Positions 1 through 10,268 of a stretch of DNA of 64,000 bases are shown here, in pieces (position 1 is the first letter of the stretch; each line of letters begins with the position of its first letter). The stretch comes from a virus (lineage: Duplodnaviria > Caudoviricetes), in the IMG/VR virus record IMGVR_UViG_3300042465_005116, positions 96,001 through 160,000 of that record; one strand, 5' to 3'. The notes below the pieces were generated by a model. It saw only the letters and a list, made by a program, of their open reading frames with translations. It had not been told where the DNA came from and ran no database searches. A program made the translations under genes and the position numbers.

Positions 1-636
1 TTCTATTGAACTTGCTTGTCTTGTATCAATTTCCTTTTGTGTTTTATCAATATATTCTCTAGCACCATCACGTTGTTCTTCCGTTGCACCGGAATTATTA
101 ATTGTGTTAGAGGCCTTTTTAATTTCTTCTTTTTTCACCTCAATATCTTCATCTGATAATTCATATGGGTCTTCAAATACTTTGTTAGATGAAGTAGCAG
201 TAACATCCTCTATTGGGGTTATTAATACCGGTTCTAAACTTTGTATATCAGTTGGTTGCCAAGTTCCTGGATTTGTAATCATACTACTAACTGTCGCAAT
301 ATTCACAACCGCACCGGGAGATGGTATTATTGGAGGTGGGACTGCAGACATTGTAGCACCAGTCCAATATGATATAAACGCAGGGCCCATATTGGTAATG
401 ATAGGATGTTCACCCGATGGTTGTTGAAATGCGGTTGCAAGAATTCCATTTAAGGTTGCTTCCATTAATTCAGTATTACCCTTTGCAACTGTAATACTAT
501 TGACAGTATCAAATCCTCTTTTAACTGCCATATCATATTCTAATGTAAGTTTTTTTGCAAAATCACCATAGGAACTAATTCCTGCTTGGTTTTGCATATA
601 ACTCAACATATTTTGTTTGAATATTTCTAATGACAT
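1..636 (-). CDS. hypothetical, probably virion-associated protein (C-terminal part lies outside the window)
   Basis: ATG at 636 (MSLEIFKQNMLSYMQNQAG...), frame open to position 1; starts 1 nt after the baseplate gene stop; missed by the ORF track. Confidence 0.75.
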   Translation of the reverse strand, partial: MSLEIFKQNMLSYMQNQAGISSYGDFAKKLTLEYDMAVKRGFDTVNSITVAKGNTELMEATLNGILATAFQQPSGEHPIITNMGPAFISYWTGATMSAVPPPIIPSPGAVVNIATVSSMITNPGTWQPTDIQSLEPVLITPIEDVTATSSNKVFEDPYELSDEDIEVKKEEIKKASNTINNSGATEEQRDGAREYIDKTQKEIDTRQASSIE

Positions 637-637
637 C

Positions 638-1906
638 TTATTCAGTAAAATTTAAAGTTGATTTGAATTTTTCCAATCTACCTTTAATATCGTTAAATGT
701 ACCTCTATTTTCAGGACCAGTTGCAGTTGGGCCAGATGGGGTTTTAAATATTTGTGCATTAATAGCATCAATAAGTTCCTCTAATAATCCTTGAAGAGTA
801 TCACCTCTCACTAATGGTTCAGCATCACTTTCGGTATTAAGATATATTTGTCCTTTACCACCTAAGATGTAAGTGTTGTTATCATTTGTTGTAATTCTAA
901 CATCACCATTAAAATCTAAATCTGCACCAGCCTTACCATTATCAATTGACATTTTACCATCTGATATAAATCCGTAATTTCCTTTTGAATAGAAAATCAT
1001 TTCTTTAGATTTAGCAGATAGTATAATTCTTTCAGAATTTACTAATAATTGGTCACTACCTTTTAATTCCGATGGATATGCTTCAAAATGAGTTGGTTTG
1101 GTTTCAAAATTTGAAGAACCACCATCATCTATAATACCTGGTTGAAAATTTAATTTGTAATCACCTGATGTAATTGCAATAATTGTACCGTCTTTATTTA
1201 CATCTTCTTCCGTTAAGGACCCTTTTTTTAGTTTATTAAGTGATTCACTATTTTGTCTATTTCTTAAAATAATAGTTGGTGCAAATTTTCTATCTTCACC
1301 ATCACCATTATTGTATCCACTAAAACGAATTGATTGACCAAATCGTGATTGTATCACTTTATCACCTTCATATAATTTTAAGGGATTAACTTGTTGTTCT
1401 TTAAAATATTTACCTATTTCAGTTTTTCTATCATCAGTACCACTCCCTCCACTTGGCGTACCGGTAGCACTTACAGTACTAAGTTCATTAGTACCGCTTC
1501 CAGCTGGTTGAGTATGTGGATATGTTTTAATATCTACATCTTTTCTAGCGTTACCTATATTAATATTTCCAGTGACCGTTCTTTTATAATGTAATTTACC
1601 TGCTACATCTATAAGTTGAACCGTCTCACCTACTAATGGAATACCTTCCTCTGGATTAAATGGTGGATATGCTTTGTTTTGTTTAGTAGCAGATGTAGCA
1701 TCTTTTACTGGTCTTATTGCGGCGTATCCAATAGTAGATGTATTTTTTTGTTCTACTTCACTAAAATCATATTTAAGTAATAACTCACTTGTATCATCTA
1801 ATATAATATCTACTACAATACCTACTGTGTTACTTGCACTTCCTGCTGTAGATGTTGAGTTGGGATTGAATCCACTATTTGATATACTTAATCTACTATT
1901 AGCCAT
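638..1906 (-). CDS. baseplate hub/spike protein, gp5/VgrG-like
   Basis: N-terminal OB-fold-like segment (IPLVGETVQLI), EGDKVIQSRFGQSIRFS, short beta-repeat C-terminus ending LVRGDTLQGLLEELIDAI...TPSGPT as in myovirus gp5-like proteins. Confidence 0.6.
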   Translation of the reverse strand: MANSRLSISNSGFNPNSTSTAGSASNTVGIVVDIILDDTSELLLKYDFSEVEQKNTSTIGYAAIRPVKDATSATKQNKAYPPFNPEEGIPLVGETVQLIDVAGKLHYKRTVTGNINIGNARKDVDIKTYPHTQPAGSGTNELSTVSATGTPSGGSGTDDRKTEIGKYFKEQQVNPLKLYEGDKVIQSRFGQSIRFSGYNNGDGEDRKFAPTIILRNRQNSESLNKLKKGSLTEEDVNKDGTIIAITSGDYKLNFQPGIIDDGGSSNFETKPTHFEAYPSELKGSDQLLVNSERIILSAKSKEMIFYSKGNYGFISDGKMSIDNGKAGADLDFNGDVRITTNDNNTYILGGKGQIYLNTESDAEPLVRGDTLQGLLEELIDAINAQIFKTPSGPTATGPENRGTFNDIKGRLEKFKSTLNFTE

Positions 1907-2316
1907 TACTTCTTAATTTTTTGTTTTATCTCTTCTACTTCATTTGTTAACTCATCAACCTTAGCATCTTGTTCATCTTTTACCTCTAAGACAGTTATTT
2001 CAATTTCTCTTAATAATTGCTCCTTCTCTGCATCAGATAAAAATCCAACATCTCCTTCAGATTTTGAATTCGCACTAATTATTCTTTGTGCAATTGCTGC
2101 TAATTTTATTAGAGAATCATCGTTCCTAACCGATACATCGACTAGGTCTTTTATGATTGGGCCGATAACTGCCATATCACCCGCGTGACGAATAATATTT
2201 TTCATTTCTGCTATTAACTCAGAAATTCTTTTTCTTTTGTTTTGTTGGTTATCGTAGATGTCTTTAAACAATCCACTTAAATCCTTACCAGGAAATAACT
2301 CAAAATTTATACTCAT
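1906..2316 (-). CDS. hypothetical helical protein
   Basis: likely start MSINFE at 2316; the ORF-track start at 2367 lies inside a terminator hairpin. Confidence 0.7.
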   Translation of the reverse strand: MSINFELFPGKDLSGLFKDIYDNQQNKRKRISELIAEMKNIIRHAGDMAVIGPIIKDLVDVSVRNDDSLIKLAAIAQRIISANSKSEGDVGFLSDAEKEQLLREIEITVLEVKDEQDAKVDELTNEVEEIKQKIKK

Positions 2317-2353
2317 ATTTTTATAATTAAGTTCACTATATAAATATAAGGAA

Positions 2354-2383
2354 TAAAAAAACCCCATTTTAGTGGGGTTTTTC
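2354..2383 (-). terminator. intrinsic terminator
   Basis: AAAAAACCCCA-TTTTAG-TGGGGTTTTT inverted repeat with T tracts. Confidence 0.75.
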
Positions 2384-2387
2384 TCAA

Positions 2388-2492
2388 TTATGATTTCTTT
2401 TTATAATTTCCTTTTTTCTGCTGTTCTGATACTGTCTTTTTAGCAATTTTCTTTCGGTTCTTTTCTTTTACTTCTTTTTTTGTGGTTGCCAT
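2388..2492 (-). CDS. 34-aa Lys-rich peptide
   Basis: MATTKKEVKEKNRKKIAKKTVSEQQKKGNYKKKS*, fills the gap between the Ntn hydrolase and the terminator. Confidence 0.55.
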   Translation of the reverse strand: MATTKKEVKEKNRKKIAKKTVSEQQKKGNYKKKS

Positions 2493-2496
2493 TGCA

Positions 2497-3324
2497 TTAT
2501 TCCTTTTCTAGTTTGTTTATAATAATTTTTATTTTAGGGGTATATCCTTTAGGTAGTTTATTGATAATTCCTTTAAACGATTTGATTTTATGGTCATAAT
2601 AGTTTACCTCTAATATAGTTTCGGTTAAGTTCATTATAGTTTGAGATGATGTCCACATTTTAGGAGTATCCTTTCTCATATTCAATACACTATCTTTTTT
2701 AAAGAATTGTTTTCTTAATGCAATACCTACTTGTTTCCAATTTGTGATTTTATCAATTATCTTTTCAGCACTTAATTTTCTCATTTTAGAACTTAAATAC
2801 TTTTTACCATCAGAATAACCAGTACCAACATAAACATGTCCGTGATTTGTTCTAACAACTGGACTTTCAGTATTTCGTAATTCTAATTGTGGTTTAAGGT
2901 TTGGGATATTTTCAACACTTACCATTTGTTTAGGAGTAGAAATAAATGTATGACCAGTTAATCCCTTTTTCTTGTTTCCTTTCCAAACTATTGTTGCTTT
3001 GATTGCTTCTTTAAGAGTTTTCTTTGAGAATATACTTCTCATCTTAGCACCGTCTTCACCATACCCTTTCATATTTTGAACTAACTTTCCTTCCGCCTCA
3101 TCGTATCCAACTAAAAGTGCCGAATTAACTACCCCTAATCCGTATTCATTCATCCCCTCACTCCAATCAGTTACCTCATCGTGTAGATATGCAACTTCAA
3201 CTCCATCGATTAATTCGTGGATTACTTCTAATTTAGGATGATACCCTCTATCGCGATTCTTTGCTAAAATAAATTTATCATCTATTTCTTTAGAAACTAT
3301 AATACATTCTTGTATGATATTCAT
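2497..3324 (-). CDS. Ntn-hydrolase (C45/acyltransferase-like)
   Basis: near-N-terminal Cys (CIIV), LAKNRD, WSEGMNEYGLGVVNSAL, RTNH motifs. Confidence 0.65.
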   Translation of the reverse strand: MNIIQECIIVSKEIDDKFILAKNRDRGYHPKLEVIHELIDGVEVAYLHDEVTDWSEGMNEYGLGVVNSALLVGYDEAEGKLVQNMKGYGEDGAKMRSIFSKKTLKEAIKATIVWKGNKKKGLTGHTFISTPKQMVSVENIPNLKPQLELRNTESPVVRTNHGHVYVGTGYSDGKKYLSSKMRKLSAEKIIDKITNWKQVGIALRKQFFKKDSVLNMRKDTPKMWTSSQTIMNLTETILEVNYYDHKIKSFKGIINKLPKGYTPKIKIIINKLEKE

Positions 3325-3379
3325 TTTAGGTGTTCGTATGAGTTGGTTACAAATCTCTATAATAAATATAGTTATAAAT

Positions 3380-3402
3380 AAAAAAAGGAGATAAACTCCT
3401 TT
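3380..3402 (-). terminator. intrinsic terminator
   Basis: AAAGGAG-ATAAA-CTCCTTT hairpin with A/T tract, downstream of the carbamoyltransferase. Confidence 0.6.
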
Positions 3403-3417
3403 CTTATTAATTGTATT

Positions 3418-5133
3418 CTATTTTATTTTTTTCTTAACGATGTAGTTGTTAAGAACTAACGTATCCATATCACAATCTAAAAACGTATCTATTGCATCTT
3501 TAGGGGTGTTTACAATGGTCTTATCTTTAACGTTAAATGATGTATTCAAAACAATTGGATACCCATTATCCTCTTCTAATTGTCTAAGCAAGGAATATAC
3601 TCTACGATGTTGTTTAAAATTTAAAGTTTGTATTCGTGCAGAACCATCTATATGTGTGATAGCAGGTAGATTTTTTATATGTTCTTCTTTTACCTGAACT
3701 ACCTGATTCATATAAGGAACTAATGGTTTGTAATCAAAGTATTTTAATCTGTCTTCCTCTTTTACAATTGGAGCAAATGGTCTAAATCCTTCTCTTTTCT
3801 TAATTACCTTGTTTACCCTTGCTTTCATTTGAGGGTCTCGCGGGTTAGCAAATATAGAACGATTACCGAGTGCTCTTGAACCAAATTCCATTCTACCCTC
3901 GTACCAACCGATAACGTTACCATTTGTAATTTCTCTAGAAATTGTTTTAACAATCTGCGAATGATTTTTAAATTCATACCATACTTCATTTTCATAGTTT
4001 TTTAATTCAGTTTCAATTTCATCATTAGTATTAAACGTACCTAAATACGGATTTGTATTTGGAACTCTAACGGCGGATTCGGTATGGGTATAATAGTAAT
4101 TCAGTGCACATCCAATAGCAGAACCTGCATCAGATGGAGCAGGTGGAATCCATAATTGTTTATAACCTGTATTTTTTAAAATCTTACCATTTGCAGTTCC
4201 GTTATATGCACATCCACCACTTAGACACAAATTGTTTGTGGCCCTAATAGCAAACATTTTATTTAATAATCTAAAAAATAGAAATTCGTATTGATGTTGA
4301 ATTGTTGCTGCTAAATCTTTATGTTCTTGTGTTAATTCATCCTCTGGTAATCTATTAGGAAGTTCAAACAACTCCGCTAATTTTTCATTAAACATTGAAT
4401 TATTCGAATAATCATATGTAAAATAATTCATATTGATTTCAAACCCACCATCTTCCGTTAATTTATATAATTGTTTAAATTTATTTAAATACGTTTCTGA
4501 ATTACCATATGGTGCTAAACCCATTACTTTATACTCACCTTCATTTGGTTTAAATCCTAAGAAAGCTGTCATTGTAGAATATAACATTCCTAATGAATGT
4601 GGGAATTTAATATTTTGTAATTTTGTAATATTCTTACCTTCTGCAAATGCTAAAACAGTAGTTTCCCATTCACCCACCCCATCTACTGATAATATGGTTG
4701 CTCTTTCAAACGGAGATGTGTAATAGGAATATGCTATATGTGATAGGTGATGGTCACCATATGCTAAGATTATATTTGGATTTGTAATCTCATATATTTT
4801 AGATTCAATTTCTTTAGCCTGTTCTTTATTTGAATCAATAATAGATTTTCGTTTAAAGAAATTAACTAATCCACCTCTTTTAGTAGATTCTTCAATTCGT
4901 TCTAATTTTAATTTAGGGTTTTCGTAAAAGGTAACAACTGATATATCATCACCTGTTATTTTATTATCCTTATACAACCAATTGATAGCATTAGTTGGAA
5001 ATGTGGAATCATGTTTTACTCCTGTAAAACGTTCTTCCTCCATTGCACCAATAACCAACCCATCTAATATTAATGCCGCTGAAGAATCATGATAACCACA
5101 TGCTATACCTAAAATATATTTTTTATTCATCAT
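3418..5133 (-). CDS. carbamoyltransferase, NodU/CmcH family
   Basis: HDSSAAL..EEERF, HHLSH, DGVGE, GEYKVMGLAPYG, LSGGCAYN, DAGSAIG, GSRALGNRSI, LNTSFN. Confidence 0.95.
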   Translation of the reverse strand: MMNKKYILGIACGYHDSSAALILDGLVIGAMEEERFTGVKHDSTFPTNAINWLYKDNKITGDDISVVTFYENPKLKLERIEESTKRGGLVNFFKRKSIIDSNKEQAKEIESKIYEITNPNIILAYGDHHLSHIAYSYYTSPFERATILSVDGVGEWETTVLAFAEGKNITKLQNIKFPHSLGMLYSTMTAFLGFKPNEGEYKVMGLAPYGNSETYLNKFKQLYKLTEDGGFEINMNYFTYDYSNNSMFNEKLAELFELPNRLPEDELTQEHKDLAATIQHQYEFLFFRLLNKMFAIRATNNLCLSGGCAYNGTANGKILKNTGYKQLWIPPAPSDAGSAIGCALNYYYTHTESAVRVPNTNPYLGTFNTNDEIETELKNYENEVWYEFKNHSQIVKTISREITNGNVIGWYEGRMEFGSRALGNRSIFANPRDPQMKARVNKVIKKREGFRPFAPIVKEEDRLKYFDYKPLVPYMNQVVQVKEEHIKNLPAITHIDGSARIQTLNFKQHRRVYSLLRQLEEDNGYPIVLNTSFNVKDKTIVNTPKDAIDTFLDCDMDTLVLNNYIVKKKIK

Positions 5134-5884
5134 CTATATCATCTTCGGTTAAATCAATTTTTGAAATATCAACCCAAAATGGTTCGCTTTTAACTGTAAA
5201 ATCTCCGGTTTCTAAATAATCATTTAACATTTTTTTCTGATGTTGTTTCATTATATTTACCACCTTTGTAATATAATGAGTTTTACAATCAGTCATTTCT
5301 CTTATAAGTAGATATAAATGTTTCTTATTAAAATTTTCTATAAACTCACTTCTACGGAATAATTCTAATACTGCATCTGCAATTTGTATATCTCTTTTTT
5401 TATTAAAAATAGTAGTAAGATGTTTATCCCAATACAATAACATTAGGTCTTTAAATTCTCTAAACTCACTACCTTCCTCTACTTCATAAAAATCATTCTC
5501 CGGATTCCAACTTTCTGGCATATCGGATATTAATGCATTTTGCTTCCAACGTTTGTAGTTACCATTATTTTTTAAAATCAAATGATTCTTTGCAATAATA
5601 GTAAAATATGAAAATGCTCTTCCTTTACCTTCTTGAAACATATGCATTTTCTCTACCAATGTAGATACAACTTCGGTTTGAATATCTTTTTTAGGAACAT
5701 CAAAATATGAAAATTTAAAAGTGTTAATTACATTTTCTGCTAATTTCTCAAAAGGTGCTTTAATTTTTTCTTCGTAAAGTTTACTACGTTTTACTGGGTC
5801 TTTTAATTTATTATACTCTACAATTGCATCTTGTGCAGGTGTACCGAAATATATTTTTGATTTTGGTTTTCTTTGTTTTGCCAT
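5123..5884 (-). CDS. phage late-transcription sigma factor, T4 gp55-like
   Basis: sigma region-2-like RAFSYFTIIAKNHLI; basic N-terminus, acidic C-terminus. Confidence 0.65.
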   Translation of the reverse strand: MAKQRKPKSKIYFGTPAQDAIVEYNKLKDPVKRSKLYEEKIKAPFEKLAENVINTFKFSYFDVPKKDIQTEVVSTLVEKMHMFQEGKGRAFSYFTIIAKNHLILKNNGNYKRWKQNALISDMPESWNPENDFYEVEEGSEFREFKDLMLLYWDKHLTTIFNKKRDIQIADAVLELFRRSEFIENFNKKHLYLLIREMTDCKTHYITKVVNIMKQHQKKMLNDYLETGDFTVKSEPFWVDISKIDLTEDDIDDE

Positions 5885-5892
5885 TTTGGTAA

Positions 5893-6156
5893 TTATAATA
5901 TTTCGTTTAGGTTTTCAACAATTGTTTTTAATTCGGTAAAAGTTGCACCTACTTCATCATCGGATTCAAATGAACCACGAGTATCGATGTTCCTTAAATT
6001 CTCTAATGCTTTAGATACTTTAAATTTAACTTCTAATGTAGTTTCTACAAGAGTGTCTTCCAATTCTTCATTTTGTCTCAGTAAATTGAATATACCGATA
6101 GTAAATGTTATATTTAACACTACTGAAATCAGTAAAATGATGTAAATGTATGTCAT
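5893..6156 (-). CDS. membrane-anchored coiled-coil protein
   Basis: N-terminal TM helix; in gene run. Confidence 0.6.
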   Translation of the reverse strand: MTYIYIILLISVVLNITFTIGIFNLLRQNEELEDTLVETTLEVKFKVSKALENLRNIDTRGSFESDDEVGATFTELKTIVENLNEIL

Positions 6157-6165
6157 AGTTTGTTT

Positions 6166-6640
6166 TTATGCTTCACCCATCGGTCCATAATATATTCCTA
6201 ATTTAGAATCATCATCGGATGGTTGAGTATTTGTTTTTTTTATATTATCTTCTATTTGTTTTACTTTTGATTCAACTTTTTTATACCATTCTTTTTCTGA
6301 TATTATACCTTTATCTATTAAAAGATTTACGAGAGAATCTATTACAATACTATGATTTAAAGTATGTTGTTCTATCTGTTGAAGAATCAGTTTCTTCTGC
6401 TCCTTTTTTGTTAATTTCATTTATTAAATCTTTTATAGTAAAATTATTAGTTTCATCTAAGTTACCAAATGCTTTTTTGATTGATTCTTCATGATAACCC
6501 AATGCAGCTGCTAATCTTGCACATATGGTTTTAAATTCAAAGATATTCAATTCATCTGGTATTACAAACTCTATTTCGGATGCTTCTCTTGCATGTTCAA
6601 TGTAATCATTATCGGTGTACTTAAATATTAATCTTGCCAT
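6166..6640 (-). CDS. two overlapping hypothetical ORFs (6166-6420, 6350-6640)
   Basis: ORF track; protein-like composition; 71-nt overlap makes the first start uncertain. Confidence 0.5.
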
Positions 6641-6643
6641 AAT

Positions 6644-7261
6644 TTATAATATTTTTCCTCCTTGTTCAATTAAACTTTGTGCTTTTTTATACTTCACAAA
6701 TTCAGTAGTACCATCTTTTAATTGTACCATTACCATCTCATTTCTACCATAAGTTTTTGGTGCAATATAAGTTGTTGAATATCTACGATTTGGATTTGTA
6801 ATTAGAATTCCATTTAAGTGGTCTATTTCATGTTGTGCAACAACACATTCCATTAATCCTAAATCATTAAAAAATTCTTCGGAATCTTTCCAATCACCCA
6901 ATTCATTATCAGGTGAAAATACAACTGTCCCTAAGTTATCACATTCGACCGTAATCTTCTTTGCACGGATAGTTTTAACGGGACTCTTCATTGTTTTATC
7001 AATTGACAAACATTGTTCTACATACGCAACTGAATCCTGTGAGTATTCTACAATCTTTGGATTGATTAATACTAATGGGTCTTTTACATTAATTATACAT
7101 GCTCTAACATCTAATCCTAATTGATTAGCGGATAACCCAATACCACCGAACTTAACTAATCCACTTGCTAATATTGTAGAAATAGATTCTATATCAGCAG
7201 GTGTGAATTTAGTTTCACTAATTGATTTTGATAATTTTAATTTGTCTTTTACTATGTTCAT
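6644..7261 (-). CDS. def: peptide deformylase
   Basis: GIGLSANQLG, EQCLS (variant of EGCLS), QHEIDHLNG. Confidence 0.92.
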   Translation of the reverse strand: MNIVKDKLKLSKSISETKFTPADIESISTILASGLVKFGGIGLSANQLGLDVRACIINVKDPLVLINPKIVEYSQDSVAYVEQCLSIDKTMKSPVKTIRAKKITVECDNLGTVVFSPDNELGDWKDSEEFFNDLGLMECVVAQHEIDHLNGILITNPNRRYSTTYIAPKTYGRNEMVMVQLKDGTTEFVKYKKAQSLIEQGGKIL

Positions 7262-7266
7262 TTTAA

Positions 7267-7795
7267 TTATTTTCTTAATGGATGATATGGATTTATATAA
7301 TTTGGTTTAAAATATTCATCAGTATATTCTAACTCCTCTGGAAATATGGATAATTGTTTACCATATTCATTTTTAGGTTCTACTAATTTGTTTGCTAACT
7401 TTCTAACTTGCTCACCCAATTCATAATTGTTTGGTGTTTCGTTTATTAAAGAAAGTGGAATTTCAATTGTTAATTTATTCATACTATTTAATTTAAAATA
7501 TTATCTTACAAAGATACAACATTTTTTTGATAAAACCAAATGTTTTTTATTATTTGAATTTAGATAATGTTTTTTCATTACTTTTTGTTTTTGCTTTCTT
7601 TGCCTCTTTGGTTTGAGTTTCTATTAATTTCATTCGTTGTGTCCAAGCAGGTTTGTATTTAAATTCAACTGATATTGGGCCGTTGGCAAATTTAGTTTTA
7701 TCATATTTCCAAATAGAAATACAATCATCATCTTCATAGATGTGTTCAAATTTTAATGGTTTATCTTTTACGGATGGTTCTGGTTTCTTTGCCAT
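7267..7795 (-). CDS. two small hypothetical ORFs (7267-7482, 7550-7795)
   Basis: ORF track; co-directional. Confidence 0.55.
7509..7540 (-). promoter_or_regulatory. Bacteroidota sigma-A-type promoter
   Basis: minus strand TTTGG-N-TATCTTTG (-33 TTTG / -7 TAnnTTTG). Confidence 0.7.
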
Positions 7796-7804
7796 ATAGT
7801 AAAT

Positions 7805-8137
7805 TTAAAATATAAAAAATTTATTTATCAATCCCAATAGTATATACGATAGTTTATAACCAACAAACGCACCTATTGCTGATGGGAATGGGAATATTAT
7901 TAATTTTCCAAAATCAGTTACATATTTAGGTCTATTTACAATTCTACCCATAAAGGTATAATACGTTATGTATCCTATTAGTACTGCAATATCTGCTCGA
8001 GTTGCAATGAATACAACTAACATTGCACCTAAAAATCCAAAAATGAAATTATCTCTTACACCTTCCCATATTTCTTGCGTGGTGCAATCTTTCCATTCTT
8101 TAATTATCTTATCTATTTTAGCCCTTTGCTTTCCCAT
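7805..8137 (-). CDS. membrane protein
   Basis: three hydrophobic segments. Confidence 0.65.
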   Translation of the reverse strand: MGKQRAKIDKIIKEWKDCTTQEIWEGVRDNFIFGFLGAMLVVFIATRADIAVLIGYITYYTFMGRIVNRPKYVTDFGKLIIFPFPSAIGAFVGYKLSYILLGLINKFFIF

Positions 8138-8142
8138 TCTAT

Positions 8143-9300
8143 TTAATTACTTAGGGGTGCTTTAATTTTTGGATGAGATTCATATCCTATTAATTCAAAA
8201 CAATCAGGTCTATAACTTTTAAGTTTTTCATCTAAAGTTTTTTCACCTAATCTTTCTTTAACCAACTGATGTTGATACCAATTCCTTTCCGTTATTTGAA
8301 TTTTTGGTAAGTTATACGGGGTTCTACTGATTTGTTCTTTTGCCTGTTCAATATGGTTTTTATATAAATGAACATCTCCTAAGTTTCCAATCAATTCATC
8401 AGGTATCATATTCACTTCCTTTGCAATAATCTCTAATAGTAATCCATAAGAAGCAATGTTAAATGGTAATCCTAAAAATGTATCCACACTTCTTTGATTC
8501 CACATTAGGGATAGTGTCCTCTTTGGTGTTGGAGTATAATATGAATTATCAAAATCAGGTAAATTATTAGGGTCAAAGAATCGTTCCATACCTGTTTCAT
8601 AATTGTTATTGAACCAAATATTATATCGTCTCTCATCACTTAACTCATGTGTATACAATTGAAATCCATAATGACAAGGTGGTAATACCATTTGGTCTAA
8701 TTCACCTACATTCCAAGCATTAACCATTAATCTTCTACTATCTGGATTTGTTTTAAGTTCGTTGATTAGGTTTTCAATTTGGTCTATTGGTTCTTGTCTT
8801 ATACTTGTTTGATTATCTACATAAGAATCCCATCTTAAATATTCCCATTTTGAACCTAATTTGCAAGGTTCTATTTGTATTCTACCACCCCACTGTCTCC
8901 ATTGTTTACCATAGATAGGTCCTAAATCTCCCCATTGTTTAGCAAACTCATTATTGGTTTTGACCTCTTTGATAAATTCTTCTTTTGTAAGTTGTCCATC
9001 TACATCCATTGATGTTTTGGCTGCATAGTTTTTATACGCATCACCATCCCAAATATGGCAATCATAATCCAATAGGAATTTGATGTTAGTATCACCTCTT
9101 AAAAACCATAGGAGTTCGGTTACGATAGAGTTCCAATGCATCTTCTTTGTAGTAAGTAAAGGAAATCCTTCACTCATCTTATGACGTATCTGATGACCAA
9201 ATTCTGATATAGTACCAGTTCCGGTTCTATCTTTTTTCTCTACACCAAACGCAATGATATCACTAAGTAATTGTTGATACTTTTTATCTAAGGTATTCAT
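8143..9300 (-). CDS. thyA: thymidylate synthase with insertions
   Basis: DRTGTGT, GPIYGKQWR, PDSRR, LPPCHY, QRSVD.FLGLPFN, GDVHLY.NH. Confidence 0.97.
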   Translation of the reverse strand: MNTLDKKYQQLLSDIIAFGVEKKDRTGTGTISEFGHQIRHKMSEGFPLLTTKKMHWNSIVTELLWFLRGDTNIKFLLDYDCHIWDGDAYKNYAAKTSMDVDGQLTKEEFIKEVKTNNEFAKQWGDLGPIYGKQWRQWGGRIQIEPCKLGSKWEYLRWDSYVDNQTSIRQEPIDQIENLINELKTNPDSRRLMVNAWNVGELDQMVLPPCHYGFQLYTHELSDERRYNIWFNNNYETGMERFFDPNNLPDFDNSYYTPTPKRTLSLMWNQRSVDTFLGLPFNIASYGLLLEIIAKEVNMIPDELIGNLGDVHLYKNHIEQAKEQISRTPYNLPKIQITERNWYQHQLVKERLGEKTLDEKLKSYRPDCFELIGYESHPKIKAPLSN

Positions 9301-9572
9301 TAAGCAATTGCTTTTACTTTTGTAAAATTAAAACTTCTCCAACCTGTTTTTTCTACATCAAATACGGTAATCAAATCTGATTCAACTACATTTCCACTTT
9401 CATCTAATCTAACAACCTTATCAGTTTTAGGATGAAACTCTTGTGGAATTTTACTAATTAGTTTTGTACATAACATTGTTCTATCCGTACCATCTGCTTT
9501 TGTAAATGTTACTGATACAACTTCAGTTTGTAATTTCTCTACTAATTCTTGTTTTGTGATAATTAATTCCAT
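9300..9572 (-). CDS. WYL_2/Sm-like beta-barrel protein
   Basis: VTFTKADGTDRTMLCT...VFDVEKTGWRSF. Confidence 0.75.
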   Translation of the reverse strand: MELIITKQELVEKLQTEVVSVTFTKADGTDRTMLCTKLISKIPQEFHPKTDKVVRLDESGNVVESDLITVFDVEKTGWRSFNFTKVKAIA

Positions 9573-9579
9573 TTTTCGT

Positions 9580-10228
9580 TTATTTTATTGCTTTTAAATT
9601 GTTTCTTTCTCTAAATTCTCTTTCAGTATTTCTATCATAGCGTTCTTTAAATTGTGAAATTCTAACAAACTCTTCATATGCTTCTCTATGATAATGTTTG
9701 ATATGTTCTATTCCTAGTTCATATCTGAATATGGTTTCTTCATATCTTAATTCTTTATAATCGAACCCATCTCCTTGAACTTTTATTTCAAGTTGTAATG
9801 AATCAATTGTACGTTGTAATGAATCTATATTATTATAACTAATTGTAGTAATTTGCTTTTCCGATGAATTTCTACTCAATCCATATGCAATTATTATAAT
9901 TATTATTACTAATATTATAGCTAATATATTTGTAGTTCTCATATTATTTTATTTGTATATATTCTGAACGTTTATACTCTTTTTTCAGTTGGTAATCCAA
10001 TTTCCAATTTTTAATAATTTCTTCTGCTTGAAATTTATTTTGAAATGGATAATCACCTGATACCCATACTTTAAATGGTAGTGTACCCATGCTTGTTCTA
10101 AACCACACTTTTTGTTGTGGTTGATACATTCGGGTTCCGTTGACAACAAAAGTTTCGATTCGATACTTTGGTTTTGCTTCTAACGTTATTACTCCCAATA
10201 ACATTAGTACTATTAATAGTTTTTTCAT
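9580..10228 (-). CDS. two exported/membrane hypothetical proteins (9580-9942, 9944-10228)
   Basis: N-terminal TM or signal peptides. Confidence 0.6.
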
Positions 10229-10268
10229 ATCAAAAGCTAAGATACGAAAAAAATCTTAGAATACCAAA

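Noticed and set aside
8143-9300. Hydroxymethylase, or intron in thyA
   Set aside because: Canonical ThyA motifs including the dUMP-specifying Asn; insertions are in frame and short
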